Shown: positions 1 to 21,690 of the stretch, one piece after another
How the letters are laid out: each line of letters opens with the position of its first letter
Position numbering within the stretch: the stretch's first letter is position 1
Origin: the human T2T-CHM13v2.0 reference genome, Homo sapiens
Strand: one strand, 5' to 3'
DNA: 64,000 nucleotides
Assembly (NCBI RefSeq): GCF_009914755.1
Contig: NC_060932.1
Made by a program: the position numbers and the translations under genes
The notes under the pieces: model-generated
Told to the model about the DNA's origin: nothing
Database searches by the model: none
Seen by the model: only the letters and a program-made list of their open reading frames with translations

Positions 1-309
1 TTTGTTCTAAAGAAAACATTCTGTCTGATCAGAGGAAGATGTATGTAGAAAATCAGAATCTGACTGAATTCCTAAAATCTATCACACTGAGAGGAAAATG
101 GAAAAGAAAATGTTTGCATAAAGCTTTTCCCTGACTCTCAGAGGGGTTCAGAACCAGACCAATTGACTCCTGGGTCTCACTGCAGTTCCACTCTGCACTG
201 TTCTATTTTCAGCACCAACTCCACTCTATGACATGAACACATCAACTGAGAACTAGGGGACACCACAAATCCTGCAAGCAGAAGGTGCTGCACAGGCTCA
301 GATGCCCAC

Positions 310-416
310 CTTGACACCCTCGTTGTAGCTGTCAGCAGGGCTGCTGAGGCTGGCAAGGCTTCCCAGATGACCGGGAGCTCCAGGGCGAGGCGGTTTCTTT
401 GGTGGAGCTGCAGGAT
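310..416 (-). CDS. PTK2: PTK2 coding exon (D PAAPPKKPPRPGAPGHLGSLASLSSPADSYNEGVK); proline-rich SH3 ligand
   Basis: Acceptor ctcaccAG|AT and donor GTCAAG|gtgggc; 107 nt, phase 1 to 0. Confidence 0.97.
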
Positions 417-456
417 CTGGTGAGAGAGAATGATTCCCATTAAGTCATGTGCGTTA

Positions 457-1090
<634 letters not shown>

Positions 1091-1177
1091 AGGAAAGAGA
1101 AAGAAACCACTGCTAAATAAATGCCTACTGCTGTTCTTACAAAAGACACTAATCTTGCATTCTAAGGAGGCATTTCT

Positions 1178-1260
1178 TTCTTTTTTTTTTTTTTTGAGAC
1201 CGAGTGTTGCTCTGTCACCCAGGCTGGAGTGCAGTGGCGTGATCTCGGCTCACTGCAACC
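1178..1260 (-). mobile_element. 5'-truncated Alu (3' end only)
   Basis: PolyT plus Alu 3' end, with 16-bp TSD ctaaggaggYatttct at 1162-1177 and 1261-1276. Confidence 0.9.
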
Positions 1261-1471
1261 CTAAGGAGGTATTTCTGATGCATTATACCAACAAATTCTT
1301 TTTCCCAATACTCTAGTAATGAGCTGAATGTGGTAAACATCGTACTTGCTGTGGTCTGTAGAGGAAAAATTAACCATGAGGGTATTCCAAAGCTACGACA
1401 CTATATACATTCAAAACCTGCTTTCATCAAATTAAACTAACTTCTTTCCGCCCAATTCTTTTCTTCTTTAC

Positions 1472-1511
1472 CTGGTTTACCCACAGGCTGATATATATGT
1501 TGGTTTCCAAT
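1472..1511 (-). CDS. PTK2: PTK2 coding exon (IGNQHIYQPVGKP); Y861
   Basis: Acceptor ttcccacAG|ATT and donor CCAG|gtaaag; 40 nt, phase 0 to 1. Confidence 0.97.
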
Positions 1512-1796
1512 CTGTGGGAAAAGAAAAGTTCAGTCAATGCACTGGTATATACAATTGGGCAATGACCTCTCTCACCCACCCTGTCTATCCACCCCCTTGA
1601 ACTTCTAGGCTAGATTCTAGTGTATCAAAATGAACAAAACAGGGTTCTGCATAAGGTCTCAGTTGGGGTGGGGGATCAGGCAAATAAGCAAATGATGCCA
1701 ATAGCATGTGTGGAAAGGGCTGTGAGAGAAGCAAGCATGGGACACTCTGGAACCACAAACACAGTGGTCATAACCCATTTAAAATGTTCTTACACA

Positions 1797-3090
<1,294 letters not shown>

Positions 3091-4064
3091 ATTTGAAATT
3101 TTCTTATATGGATGTCTCCAGTTGACCTCTAAAGGGTTTAAAATCCCAGGACTTCCCAGTGTCTGCATCCTCTCCTGCCTGGCCTCCCAACTATCCTTAT
3201 CACAAAAACAGGTACAACCAGAAAAATGATGGAAAGGGGCTTGGTAGCACTGGGTGTGTAGATTCCCATGGGCCTACATTGTCATCACCCCCAAAGCACT
3301 GTGTGTGTCAGGACCTGTTGTTATACCTCCATCAGTTCTAGGCCAAGCCAGAGAAGCCAAACCACAGCCCAGAACTTCTGTCCCAGGTACAGGATAAAGT
3401 TTCACTTAACACCAGTTCTCCTTCAAGTTGTCATACCTGAAACTGCACTTAAAATAGTCTTTCTGAGGCTAACTACCTGGAAAAAAATCTTTTTGGAACT
3501 ATTTTCTACTTTTGAAAAGAAAGACTTTTCTTGCTTACTTTAAAATAATGAACTGGCTAATAGATATAACCTAAGACACTTTACTTTCTATTGAAAAGAG
3601 ATCCACTTCTTTACAATACAAGTGCTATAAAAAATAGCACACAAAATTAAAATTGTTCCTCCCTCACACAATCAAGTTGTTTTCAACATGTCATTTAACA
3701 CCTCTGATTTTAAAGACTTGCAAAAAGTCTCAGAGCTTGAAGGTATGAAGAATGATACCATATCAACTTATTTTTGTGTAGTGCTTTCTACTTCATATAT
3801 CACTATCATATCATTCATTTGTTCAATGAACAGTTATTGAACATCCGCTTTGTTCTAGCACTGTTCTAGGTATAAAACAAAGATCCTGCCTGGGGAGCAA
3901 ACAGCTAACAATGCAGTGGAAGGAGACAGGTAATAAACAATGAACATGTATTAGTATATTCTGTGTTCTGTTAGGAGAAGCTGTGTCCCACAAAGAAAGG
4001 AGATGGCTGGGATAGAAGGAGAGGAACTACACGTTTTTTGGTATTGGTTGATTGATTAAGTGAG

Positions 4065-6478
<2,414 letters not shown>

Positions 6479-7058
6479 CAAGTTCTTATTAATAAAGCAG
6501 TTCTGCATAATCCTTCTATCCAGGTTTGATTAACAAATTTACATTTTTTTCTGAGTACCTTCTGTGGGCCACACACTGGAACACAAAGAATTTTCCTTAT
6601 CTAACAAATTTCCTATTAGCAACGTTCTAAATAGCTAGTATCTTGAATAGGACTTATTTTCACACCGATTCTCACTCCTTCTTAACAATTTAGGACCAAC
6701 TGCTTTTTATGCATTTGTCTCTTCAATACAAGGAAGGAGCTCAGTGTATGGGAATGTTAAATGGCTGATAATGCAACCTTCTTGCTCGTGAACTAAAGAA
6801 TGTCAGCCACTGTGCCCGACTGGGTGCTATTTTATATAGAAAAAATGTTTGCAAGATTTTAAGGTAAGTGTTGACAGTTGCATACACACCTGTGACTAGA
6901 AGTCAACTCAGTAGTTTCACCCTTATTAGGGTAAAACTTTAACTCCGTAAGTCTGCTACCTGACAGGCACAGCAAATGTTTAAGGAAATCTGCATTTAAC
7001 TTAAACAGACATCTGCTGATGGAAATTTGGCGTTGGTTTGCTCAAATTAGTAAGATTA

Positions 7059-8390
<1,332 letters not shown>

Positions 8391-8446
8391 AAATTTAGCA
8401 AATGACAGCGTGTGTTAACAACGGCTAATATGTGTATATATTTCTT

Positions 8447-8479
8447 CACTTGATCTTAGCCAAAAGGCTGAGAAGTGAT
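8447..8479 (-). pseudogene. 3'-truncated U2 snRNA retropseudogene (U2 nt 1-33)
   Basis: Minus strand reads ATCACTTCTCAGCCTTTTGGCTAAGATCAAGTG, which equals the U2 5' end with two CpG-decay changes. Flanked by a 13-bp direct repeat. Confidence 0.88.
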
Positions 8480-8536
8480 GTACATATTTCTTTAGGTCAC
8501 AAAGAGTTTGGCTTATTACTAAAAGGCCTTTATTAA

Positions 8537-11500
8537 ACAACAGAATATAAATGCTTCTCATCTGCACATGGTACATACTCTAAAATAAACCACACAATTG
8601 GCTATAAAACAATTCTATAGCTAATTAAAAAAAAAAAAAAACCGAAATCACACCAACCACACTCTAGGACCACAGCACAATAAAAACAGAATCAGTACTA
8701 AGAAGATTGTTCAAAACCATATGATTACGTGGAAATTAACCTGCTCCTGAATGACTTCTGGGTAAGGCAGAAATCAAGAAATTCTTTGAAACTAATAAGT
8801 ACAAAGATACAACACACTAGAATCTCTTGAACACAGCTAAGGCAGTGTTAAGAAGAAAGTTTATAGTGCTAAACATCTACAACAAAAAGTTAAAAAGATC
8901 TCAAATTAATAACCTGACATCACACCTTGAGTAACTAGAAAAACAAGAGCAAATCAACCCCAAAGCTAACAGAAAACAAGAGATACCCAAAATCAGAGCT
9001 GAACTAAATGGAACTGAGACATGAAAAACCATGCAAAAGATAAATGAAACCAGAAATTGGTTATTTGAAAGAATACATAAGAATGACTGATCACTAGCTA
9101 GACTAATTAAAAAAAGAGAGAAGATCGAAAAAAATACAATCAGCAACGACAAAGGGGACATTACCACCAACCCCACAGAAAAATACATAGAACTATCATA
9201 GAACATTATGAACACCTCTATGCACATGAACTAGAAAATCTAGAAGATATGGATGAATTCCTGGACACATACACATTCCCAAGACTGAGCCAGGAAGAAA
9301 GCGAATCCCTGAACAGACCAATAATGAGCTCTGAAATTGAATCAGTAATAGATAGCCTATCAACCACCAAAAGCCCAGGACCAGATGGCTTCACAGTTGA
9401 ATTTTAACAGATGTACAAAGATGAGCTGGTAGCACTCTTACTAAAACCACTCCAAAAAATTGAGGAGGAGGTACTCCTCTCTAACTCATTCTATGAGGCC
9501 AGAATCATTCTGAGTCCCAAACCTGGCAGAAACAACAAAAAAAGAAAACTTCAGGCCAATATCCCTGATGAACATAGATACAAAATTCCTCAACATAATA
9601 CTGGCAAAACGAATCCAGCAGCAGCACAACAAAAAGCTAATCCACCACAAACAAGTAGGCTTCACCCCTGGGATGCAAGGTTGGTTCAACATATGAAAAT
9701 CAATTAAATGTGATTCATCACATAAACAGAACTAAAAAAAACTACAGGATTATCTCAATAGATGAAAAAAAAAAAAAGCTTCCAATAAAATTCAACCTCA
9801 CTTCATGTTAAAAACCCTCAAAAAACTAGGTAATGAAGGAACATAACTCAAAATAATAAGAGCCATCTATGACAAACCCACAGCCAATATCATATTGAAT
9901 GAATGGGCAAAGGCTGGAAGCACTCCCCTGAAGAACTGAAACAAGACCAGGATGCCCACTCTTACCATATCTATTCAACATTAGTGCTGGAAGTCCTAGG
10001 CAGAGCAATCAGGCAAAACAAAGAAATAAAAGGCATCCAAATAGGAAGAGAAGAGATCAAACTTCTGTGTTTGTAGATGATGTGATTTTATACACAGAAA
10101 ACGCCATAGTCTTGGCCCAAAAGCTCCTAGATCTGATAAACGAGCAGTCCCCAATCATTTTGGCACCAGGGACAGGTTTCGTGGAAGACAATTTTTCCAC
10201 GGACTCAGGGGATGGGGTGGGGGATGGTTTTGGGATGAAACTGTCCCATCTCAGATCATCAGGCATTAGAGTCTCATAAGGAGTGTGCAATCTAGATCTC
10301 TCACATGCGCAGTTCACAATAGGGTTCACATGCCTACGAGAATCTAATGCTGCCACTGATCTGACAGGAGGAAGAGCTCAGGCATTAATGCGGGCTAGCC
10401 CGCCATTCACCTCCTGCTGTGTGGCCCAGTTCCTAACAGACTATGGACCAATACCAGTCTGCGGCCCAGGAAGATGGGGACTCCTGTGATAAACAACTTC
10501 AGCAAAGTTTCAGGGTACAAAATCAATGTACAAAAATCAGTAGCATTTCTCTACACCAACAACATCCAGTTGAGTGCCGAATCAAGAATGCAATCCCATT
10601 TACAACAGCCACACACACAAAATACCCAGGAATATAGCTAACCAGGGAGGTGAAAGATCTCTACAATAAGAATTACAAAACACTGCTGAAAGAAATCAGA
10701 GATGACACGAACAAATGGAAAAACATTCCATGCTCATGGATAGGAAGAACTGATATTGTTATAATGGTCATACCGCCCAAAGTATGGTCGTACCGCCCAA
10801 TGGTCATACCGCCCAAAGCTTTACAGATTCAATGTTGTACCTATCAAACTACCAATAACATGCTTTACAGAATTAGAAAAAGCTATTCTAAAATTCATAT
10901 GGAACCAAAAAAGAGCCTGAATAGTCAAAGCAATCCTAAGCAAAAAGAACAAAGCTGAGGACTTTACATTACATGACTTCAAACTATACTACAAGGCTAT
11001 AGTAACCAAAACATCATGGTACTGGTACAAAAACAGACACACAGACCAATAGAACAGAATACAGAGCCTAGAAATAAAACTTCATACCTACAACCATCTC
11101 ATCTTTGACAATGTTGGCAAAAACAAGCAATGGGGAAAGGACTCCCTATTCAATAAATGGTGCTGAGACAACCAGCTAGCCATACGCCAAAGAATAAAAC
11201 TGGGACCCTTCCTTACACCATATACAAAAATCAACTCAAGACGGATTAAAGACGTAAATGTAAAACCTAGAACTATAAAAACCCTTGAAGAAAACCCAGG
11301 AAATACTATTCTGGACATAGGCCCTTGCAAAGATTTCATGACGAGGACACCAAAAGCAACTGCAACAAACACAAAATTACAAATGGGACCTAATTAAACT
11401 AAAGAGCTTCTTTACAGCAAAAGGAACTAAGAGCAGAATAAACAACTCACAGAATGGGAGAAAATATTTGCAAACTGTGCATCTGACAAAGGTCTAATAT

Positions 11501-12407
11501 CCAGCATCTATAAGGAACTTAAAGCAAATGAACAAGTAAAACCAAACAGCCCCATTAAAAAGTGGGCAAAGGACATGAACAGACACTTTTCAAAAGATGA
11601 CATAAACATGGCCAACAAGCATATGAAAAAATGCCCAATATCACTAATCATTAGAGAAAAGCAAATCAAAACCACAATGAGATGCCATCTCACACCAGTC
11701 AGAATGTCTATTATTAAAAAGTCAAAAAATTAACAGATGCAAGGTTGTGGAGAAATAGAACACTTAAGACACTGCTGGTGGGAATGTAAATTACTTCGGT
11801 CACTGTGGAAAGCAATTTGGCGATGTCTCAGAACTTAAAACAGAAGTAGCATTTGACCCAGCAATCCCCTTATTGGGTACACACCCAAAGGAATATAAAT
11901 CTTTCTACCATAAAGACACATGCATGCTTATATTCATCACAGCACTGTTCACAATAACAAGGTCATGGAATCAACCTCAATACCCATCAATGATAGACTG
12001 GATAAAGAAAATGTGGTATGTATACACTATGGAATACTATGTAGCCACAAAAAGAATGAGATCATTTCCTCTGCAGCAACATGGGTGGAGCTAGAGGTCA
12101 TTATCATTATCTTAAGTGAACTAATGCAGGAACAGAAAACCAATACCACATGTTCTCACTTATAAAGGGGAGCTAAACACTCAGTACACACGGACACAAT
12201 GAAGGGAACAACAGACTCCGGGGCCCACTTGAGGGTGGAGGGTGGGAGGAGGGTGAGAGGAGGGTGAGGATCAAAACACTACCTATCAGGTATTATGCTT
12301 ATCACCTGGGTGCCAAATGACCTGTATAACAAACCCTTGCAACATGCGATTTCCTTATATAACACATCTGTACATGTACCCCTGAAACTAAAATAAAAGT
12401 TAAAAAA
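8537..12407 (+). mobile_element. 5'-truncated LINE-1 (older L1PA, about L1PA15/16-like): decayed ORF2 plus 3' UTR, antisense to PTK2
   Basis: ORF2 remnants ([35 protein letters not shown]), L1 3' UTR and polyA, and degenerate TSD aaaaggcctttattaa / aaaaagcctttatcaa. Confidence 0.92.
10142..10486 (-). mobile_element. MER1B hAT-Charlie MITE inserted in L1 ORF2
   Basis: MER1B-type sequence (tggcaccagggacaggtttcgtggaagacaatttttccac) with a perfect 8-bp TSD TGATAAAC at 10134-10141 and 10487-10494. Confidence 0.9.
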
Positions 12408-12624
12408 AAAAGCCTTTATCAATAATAGTGCAGAAAACTTCTGTATCTGAATAAAAATTCTAGGCTGTACATCATAGATTTTCATAATCTTAAAATGTTA
12501 ACTTTATAGAATATTCTGTTCCCTATTACAAATATTAGTAAACTTGGATATATTGTGACATAAACACTGATGGTCCACGCACAGGAGAACTGGAAATCAA
12601 ATCCTGCTGAAAACTCAGGCTTAC

Positions 12625-12687
12625 CGGACCCTGAAGACTTCCATCCTCCCTGTCAATACTGCCTCGAGAGAGTCTCACATCAGGTTT
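12625..12687 (-). CDS. PTK2: PTK2 coding exon (KPDVRLSRGSIDREDGSLQGP); S843 region
   Basis: Acceptor ttcttcAG|AAA and donor GGTCCG|gtaagc; 63 nt, phase 0-0. Confidence 0.97.
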
Positions 12688-14424
12688 CTGAAGAAATTAA
12701 AACAAAATCAAAACAATTTCATTTTTGATTTGAAAATTTTTGACAGATTCTGTATTAAATTCCTTCCTTTTTAACACAATTGTCCTCTGAATAAGAAGAG
12801 TTGAAAGTTCCCCCGTTTCAAAAAAATTCCAGTGATGATAAATGAAGGTTGGCTGCCTTGGGAAGAACTGCATTCCTCTCCACACACGCACACCTTACAG
12901 ACTGGTACCTGCACTGGCCCACCCAGTGCTGGAGAACCTGCACTTTACCTCTATTCCAAGTAGCACAGATGGCTTTCTTCTTCACTGAGATACCCGCAAC
13001 CCCAGGATAAAAATATCAGGCATTACTTGCGGCTTTCTGACAGAATATGGCTTATACGGATTTAGCTGTCTTGCCAAAGTAGCAAATGAGTTCAATTACA
13101 AGACTGTTTTCCCACACTGCATCTAGAATATAGAAACCAAACAGAGAAATCTAGATTTTACGTAAATAATAGTACGGAAATTTCACCAATATCAGAATAA
13201 ACGAAGTAGGCTACGTGCCTTTATGGTGAAGGAACAGGGCAGAAAGGCTTTTCCTCATGAAAACAACCCCGTGCTCCCGCAGTATGGGTTACGGGCCTTC
13301 TACCACAGTGGCTCCTGCCTCCCCTTTGCCCGTGAACACTGGCCACATACTTCTTCCCGGAAAACTTCTGTTCACTCTTCAAGGCTGAGCCAGACACCCT
13401 TTCTTGGCAGCATATTTCCCTCTTCAAGCAGAGCTGGTCGCTTCTTAGCCTGTGCCTTACAGATACCTCTATGTTGGCACCTATCAGGCATAATTACTTC
13501 CCTCATTAGAGATGGAGCATCTTGATGTCTGATTCGTCTGTGTATCTCCTATTTCCCACACCTGAGCCTGCCACTGAGCACACCATCTGCAAGCACTTGT
13601 TGGGTGGGGGATGGAGAAATGAGCTTCACCTCTCCCTTCTTTTCCAATTCCAATTCCAGTGCTGTAGCCCAAACCCTTTTCATTGTATCAGTTCCTACTA
13701 GGCTTTTTGTCTCTGTCTTAACTATCTCTAATCAAAGCGGGGTCAGTCGTGGGTGCCAGGGTGTAGTAGGAAGTTGGTGAAGGACACGGCCACCATTAAG
13801 GTAAGAGTGATCCTCTGATGGCTCAGAGGTAAAAACAAACTTTCCAGGGCAGGGGCCCTGCACTGTCCTTTGCCTTCTTCCTCCCTTCCCCCTTTCCTTC
13901 CCTCCCAGGCACAGTGCCTGGAGGTAGCTGGCTGAGGTCTGAGAACAGCTCCTACCAGGAAGTGGGTAAAGGAGCTCCTGATGGCTAATCACTAAAAGGG
14001 GGCTCTGGCTGATTGTTGTTAACAGTCCTCAGGGATTCCATATGGGAAAAGGTGAAACTTGTGTGTTGTCCCTGAATTTAGGGCAGATTTTGGATCACTT
14101 ATGGAAAAACATTCTAATAATCAGAGGCATCCTGAAACAGAATAGACAGCCCTGACAGCAGTAGCAGACAGTAAGCAAAGAGGGCAAAAGTCACAACTTA
14201 CTTATCTGTTCATTCAACAGAATTACAAAACAGCTCATGTATATCAGCCCCATATCCCTAGTGCCTGGCACAGTTCCTGGTTGGTGCGCACTCAACACAT
14301 CAGTGTTGACTGAATTAACCTCCATGCTACTATATAAAAAAACATGTTCCCTTTCACGTAAAAATATTCATTTAAAAGCAATAGTTAAATATAGATGAAA
14401 AATGACCTAAATCCTCAAATGTAG

Positions 14425-16417
<1,993 letters not shown>

Positions 16418-18311
16418 TTAGAGCTATAGTCTAAGAAAACAAAAGACCCACCAGGCCCAACTTACGATGTGGTCATTTAATAGTTACATGATTTTGGTTA
16501 TTTTAAAATATTGTATACCTCATTTGTCAATAATCTAACAAAAGAAACATGCACTTACTGTAGAAAAATTAAGATACTGCAAAAATAGATGAAAAAATTA
16601 CAAATCACTCAACCTTACCATTTGGAAGTAATTATCATTAGTTATTATGGAGTAATTAAAATGTAAAAGTAATTATCATTAGTTAATACTGTGGTGTAAA
16701 TGTATGTTTACAAACATGGAACCACAACATATGATTCTACAGCCTTCACATAACATTTATATAGGGCAAACTGACAAAACAATGTTTAAGGCTGCACAAC
16801 GTTCCACTGCATGATTATCATCATAAAATAGACAATGGTAGTGAAGGGTGGGAGCTGTGGCACCAGGTGGCCTGGGTTCTAATGAGGATCCAGTCCTTAC
16901 AAGCTGTGTGACCTGGGCCTCAATTTCTTCATTTCTAAAATGGAACAGTAATTGTAACCAACACATAGGATTGTTAGGAGGATGAAATGAGTTAATATTT
17001 GCAAAGTACTAAGTTGGTGCCACACAAGAGTTAAAATAAATAGTTCTTTTATTGTTGGATATTAGGGTCATTTTCAAAATCCCTCATAAATAGGCTGTAG
17101 ATGAACACCTTTGTATACAAATCTTTGACTAAGTCCCTGATTATTTCCCTGGGACAGATTTCTTTTCTTCTTCTTTTAGAGATGGTTGGGGGTGGGGGGT
17201 CTCACTATGTTATCCAGGCTGGTCTTAAACTCCTGTGCTCAAGTGATCTTCCTGTCTCTGGAGCAGATTTCTAAGAAAGGAATTACTAAGTCAAAGAGTT
17301 TGAACATTTGAAAAATCTTGGTATAAGTTTCCAAACTGCTCAAGGCTGTCCTGATTTTCATCTATGTAGCAATATGTGATAGCATTTCTCTCACTGTACC
17401 CTAACACCACTGTATTATCATTTTAAAACTCTCAACCAATTCATAAAGAAAATACTGTATAATATATTGTTGTAATTTGCTCCTCTCCTCCTCCCTTTCC
17501 CCAAATAGTTGACCATTTTTGTTTCTTATCATGAGATGCTAAGTTCCATGAAGACAGAGGCTATGAAGCTGTCTGCCTCACCGCTGCGTCTCTGTTACCT
17601 GCTAGAACACCGGACAAACAGGTGGAGGAAATGAATGCCCTGTGCATTTTTCTAGTGAACTGATTGTCCATGCCTCTTTGGACAAGGCATATAACCTCTC
17701 TAGGCCCAGTTCCTCACCTGTAAAATAGGCAGAATAATACCTCAGTCAGTCATTATCAGAATGAAAGAAGTGCCTGGCAGCATTGTGCACATAGATGTGT
17801 AGTAAATATTTGCTGAAGGAATGCTTCAATTAATATCCAAGGCACAAGAGATATGTTATAGACGAGGAACTTGACTTAGAAAGATTTAGTTGCTTGGGGT
17901 AACACAGCTCTTAAACAGTGGAGGTGGGCTTCAATCAGTCAACAGATAATAAGAACCTTCTACAGGCAGGAAATATTTACTGTTTTACTTAAACAAAAAA
18001 TGCAACTCATATTTTTGCCTATAGAATAAGGTATTGTTTCATGTGTTTACATGAATTAATCTATTTTTATTTCCATATACATTTCATGAAATGACTTTCT
18101 TTAATGCATAATTCCCTAATGTGGTATTTTCCTAAAGACAGGATTTTAATTTTAAAATGAGAAAGGCTTATCCATATAAAATCTACTTGTGTTCTGTGAA
18201 TGAAATAAATACTTGAGCTTTTTCTTTTCATAGAGCATACACGGACCTCCTGAATGAAAGATGAGTGCCTATTGGGAACTGAAGAGCAATACAGCCAAAG
18301 ACAGCCAATCA

Positions 18312-19592
<1,281 letters not shown>

Positions 19593-20011
19593 AGCACTAG
19601 GTATAGTACAGAGTATCTGCTGTGGGGCCATGTGACCTTGGGCAAGAGCATCCGGGCTGCTATCATAAAACACATTCTGTGCAGGGTTGTTGAGATAATG
19701 CAGAGATCCAGAGGAGGGACTCCTGACCCACTGAAGTACTCAAAAAGTAAGAGATGTGACTAGCAGTAGCAACCATAAAAAATGATGTGATGATGTGATC
19801 TCTGAAAACAGATGTCAAAACAGATGTCTTCTGACATCTAAAATTTGGGTAATACTACTGACAAAGCAAGTTAATTTTTCAAACAAGAACAGAACTTATC
19901 TAATAGGGTGCACAGCTGACCTTACTGAAGTAAATGGCAGGGCCAGAGCAGTAGGCCTGGGTGGGTCTAGGAATGAACCAGTTTATGAAGATGAAAACAG
20001 AAGCTAAGCAT

Positions 20012-20015
20012 CTTT

Positions 20016-20046
<31 letters not shown>

Positions 20047-21690
20047 GAGATGGAGTCTCGCTCTGTCGCCCAGGCTGGAGTGCAGTGGCGCGATCTCGGC
20101 TCACTGCAAGCTCCGCCTCCTGGGTTCACACCATTCTCCTGCCTTAGCCTCCTGAGTAGCTGGGACTACAGGCACCTGCCACTACGCCCAGCTAATTTTT
20201 TGTATTTTTTAGTAGAGACGGGGTTTCACCATGTTAGCCAGGATGGTCTCGATCTCCTGACCTCGTGATCCGTCTGCCTCGGCCTCCCAAAATGCTGGGA
20301 TTACAGGTGTGAGCCACCGCACCCGGCCTGGTAAGCATCTTTAGACATTTTTATAGCAATTTGAAACAGTAATTTTTGGGCTGTCAAAAAAGTCTGGCTT
20401 ATATTTTTATGTCTTTTTCTAGTCAATGATTTTGAAATTTTATTTTACAAGAGTATTGGTCTGCAACGGTTTAGAAAGAAAGATACAAACTGGCCCTTCC
20501 ATGCAGTCTGAGAAGCCCTGTATTGGAAGTTTCCTTGGCCTAACAGGAGAGAAAGACTTCTGACACACAGCTTCAACAATGACCTGATTAACCTAAAAGT
20601 AGGTGCAGCGGCCTGGCCTGGTGGTTGCAAGGACACAGACCAATAGCTCTGGGCCTAGCTCATGCCAAAGGCCAAGACCCAGAAACAAGCTTGTAAATAG
20701 CAGATACCATGGAAACCAACAGTAATTTTTACACATACACAGCATAAAAAGGACCACAACGAGATATAATTACCATTGTTAGAGTCTCTTCACCAAATTA
20801 AGGACCATAAAGCACGTGTGCTCATAACCAGAGACCTAGCTGCCACCATCACCACTTGACAGTGTCACGAGAGCTTCTACAACCGACACACACTACCTTC
20901 CAACTGACAGAGGGTCAGGGTGGCCCTCACACTACACCGCACCAGGCGTTATTCCCAGTGCACCAAGCTTTCCATGCGGCTGTCTAAAAATCTGCATCTC
21001 CAGCGCAGACCACCTCCTCTGGGCTCTATGCCCTATATCCAGCTGCCTCCTCTGCATTCCCATTTGCATATCCCAAATGTCCAAACCTGGCATCATCATG
21101 TTTCCCTGACATGGACTCCTCATTCTGAATTTTATTTCATTTGGTAGCACAATGTTATTTTTGGTGACACCAATGCTATGATTCCTGTCCCGGATTCTTC
21201 CTTCCTCTTGACCTCCTATACCAATTCACCAAATCTTGTCCCTTTTAAGTCCGTCTTCTCTGCTCCTTCCCACTTTGCCTCTTCCAGCTTAGACCCTGCT
21301 GTCATTTATTTGAATGACCACTCAACTTCCTATTGGATCTCTGCATTTCCTATCTTGCCTTCTGAGCCATCAGTCAGCAAGCAACGCTAAGGTGGTCCTA
21401 TTTTTTTTTTTTTTTTGAGACAGAGTCTCACTCTGTCACCCAGGCTGGAGTGTAGTGGAACAATCTCAGCTCACTGCAACGTCTGCCTCTTGGGTTCAAG
21501 CAATTCTGCTGCTGCAGCCTCCTGAGTAGCTGGGATTACAGGAGAGTGCCACCACGCCTGGCTAATTTTTGTATTTTTAGTAGAGATGGGGTTTGGCCAT
21601 GTTGGTCTTGAACTCCTGACCTCAGATGATCCATCCGCCTCAGCCTCCCAAAGTACTGGGATTACAGGCATGAGCCACAGTGCCCAGCCC
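20012..21690 (-). mobile_element. AluY (about 20012-20328), L2-like relic (about 20950-21390) and AluS (about 21401-21690)
   Basis: Alu consensus, and pyrimidine-rich L2-like motifs. Confidence 0.8.

Noticed and set aside
1-309. Neuronal PWR micro-exon (FAK+) expected after NEGVK
   Set aside because: The CCATGGAGG sequence was not found in the remaining 309 nt, so it lies outside the window.
177-440. 87-aa ORF over the last exon
   Set aside because: It is an off-frame reading of the PTK2 exon 310-416.
9411-12165. Reverse-transcriptase-like ORF fragments
   Set aside because: They are frameshifted, stop-ridden L1 ORF2, so not an active retroelement or novel RT system.
13223-13525. 100-aa ORF in apparently unique sequence
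   Set aside because: No recognisable homology or splice context, and the length is expected by chance.
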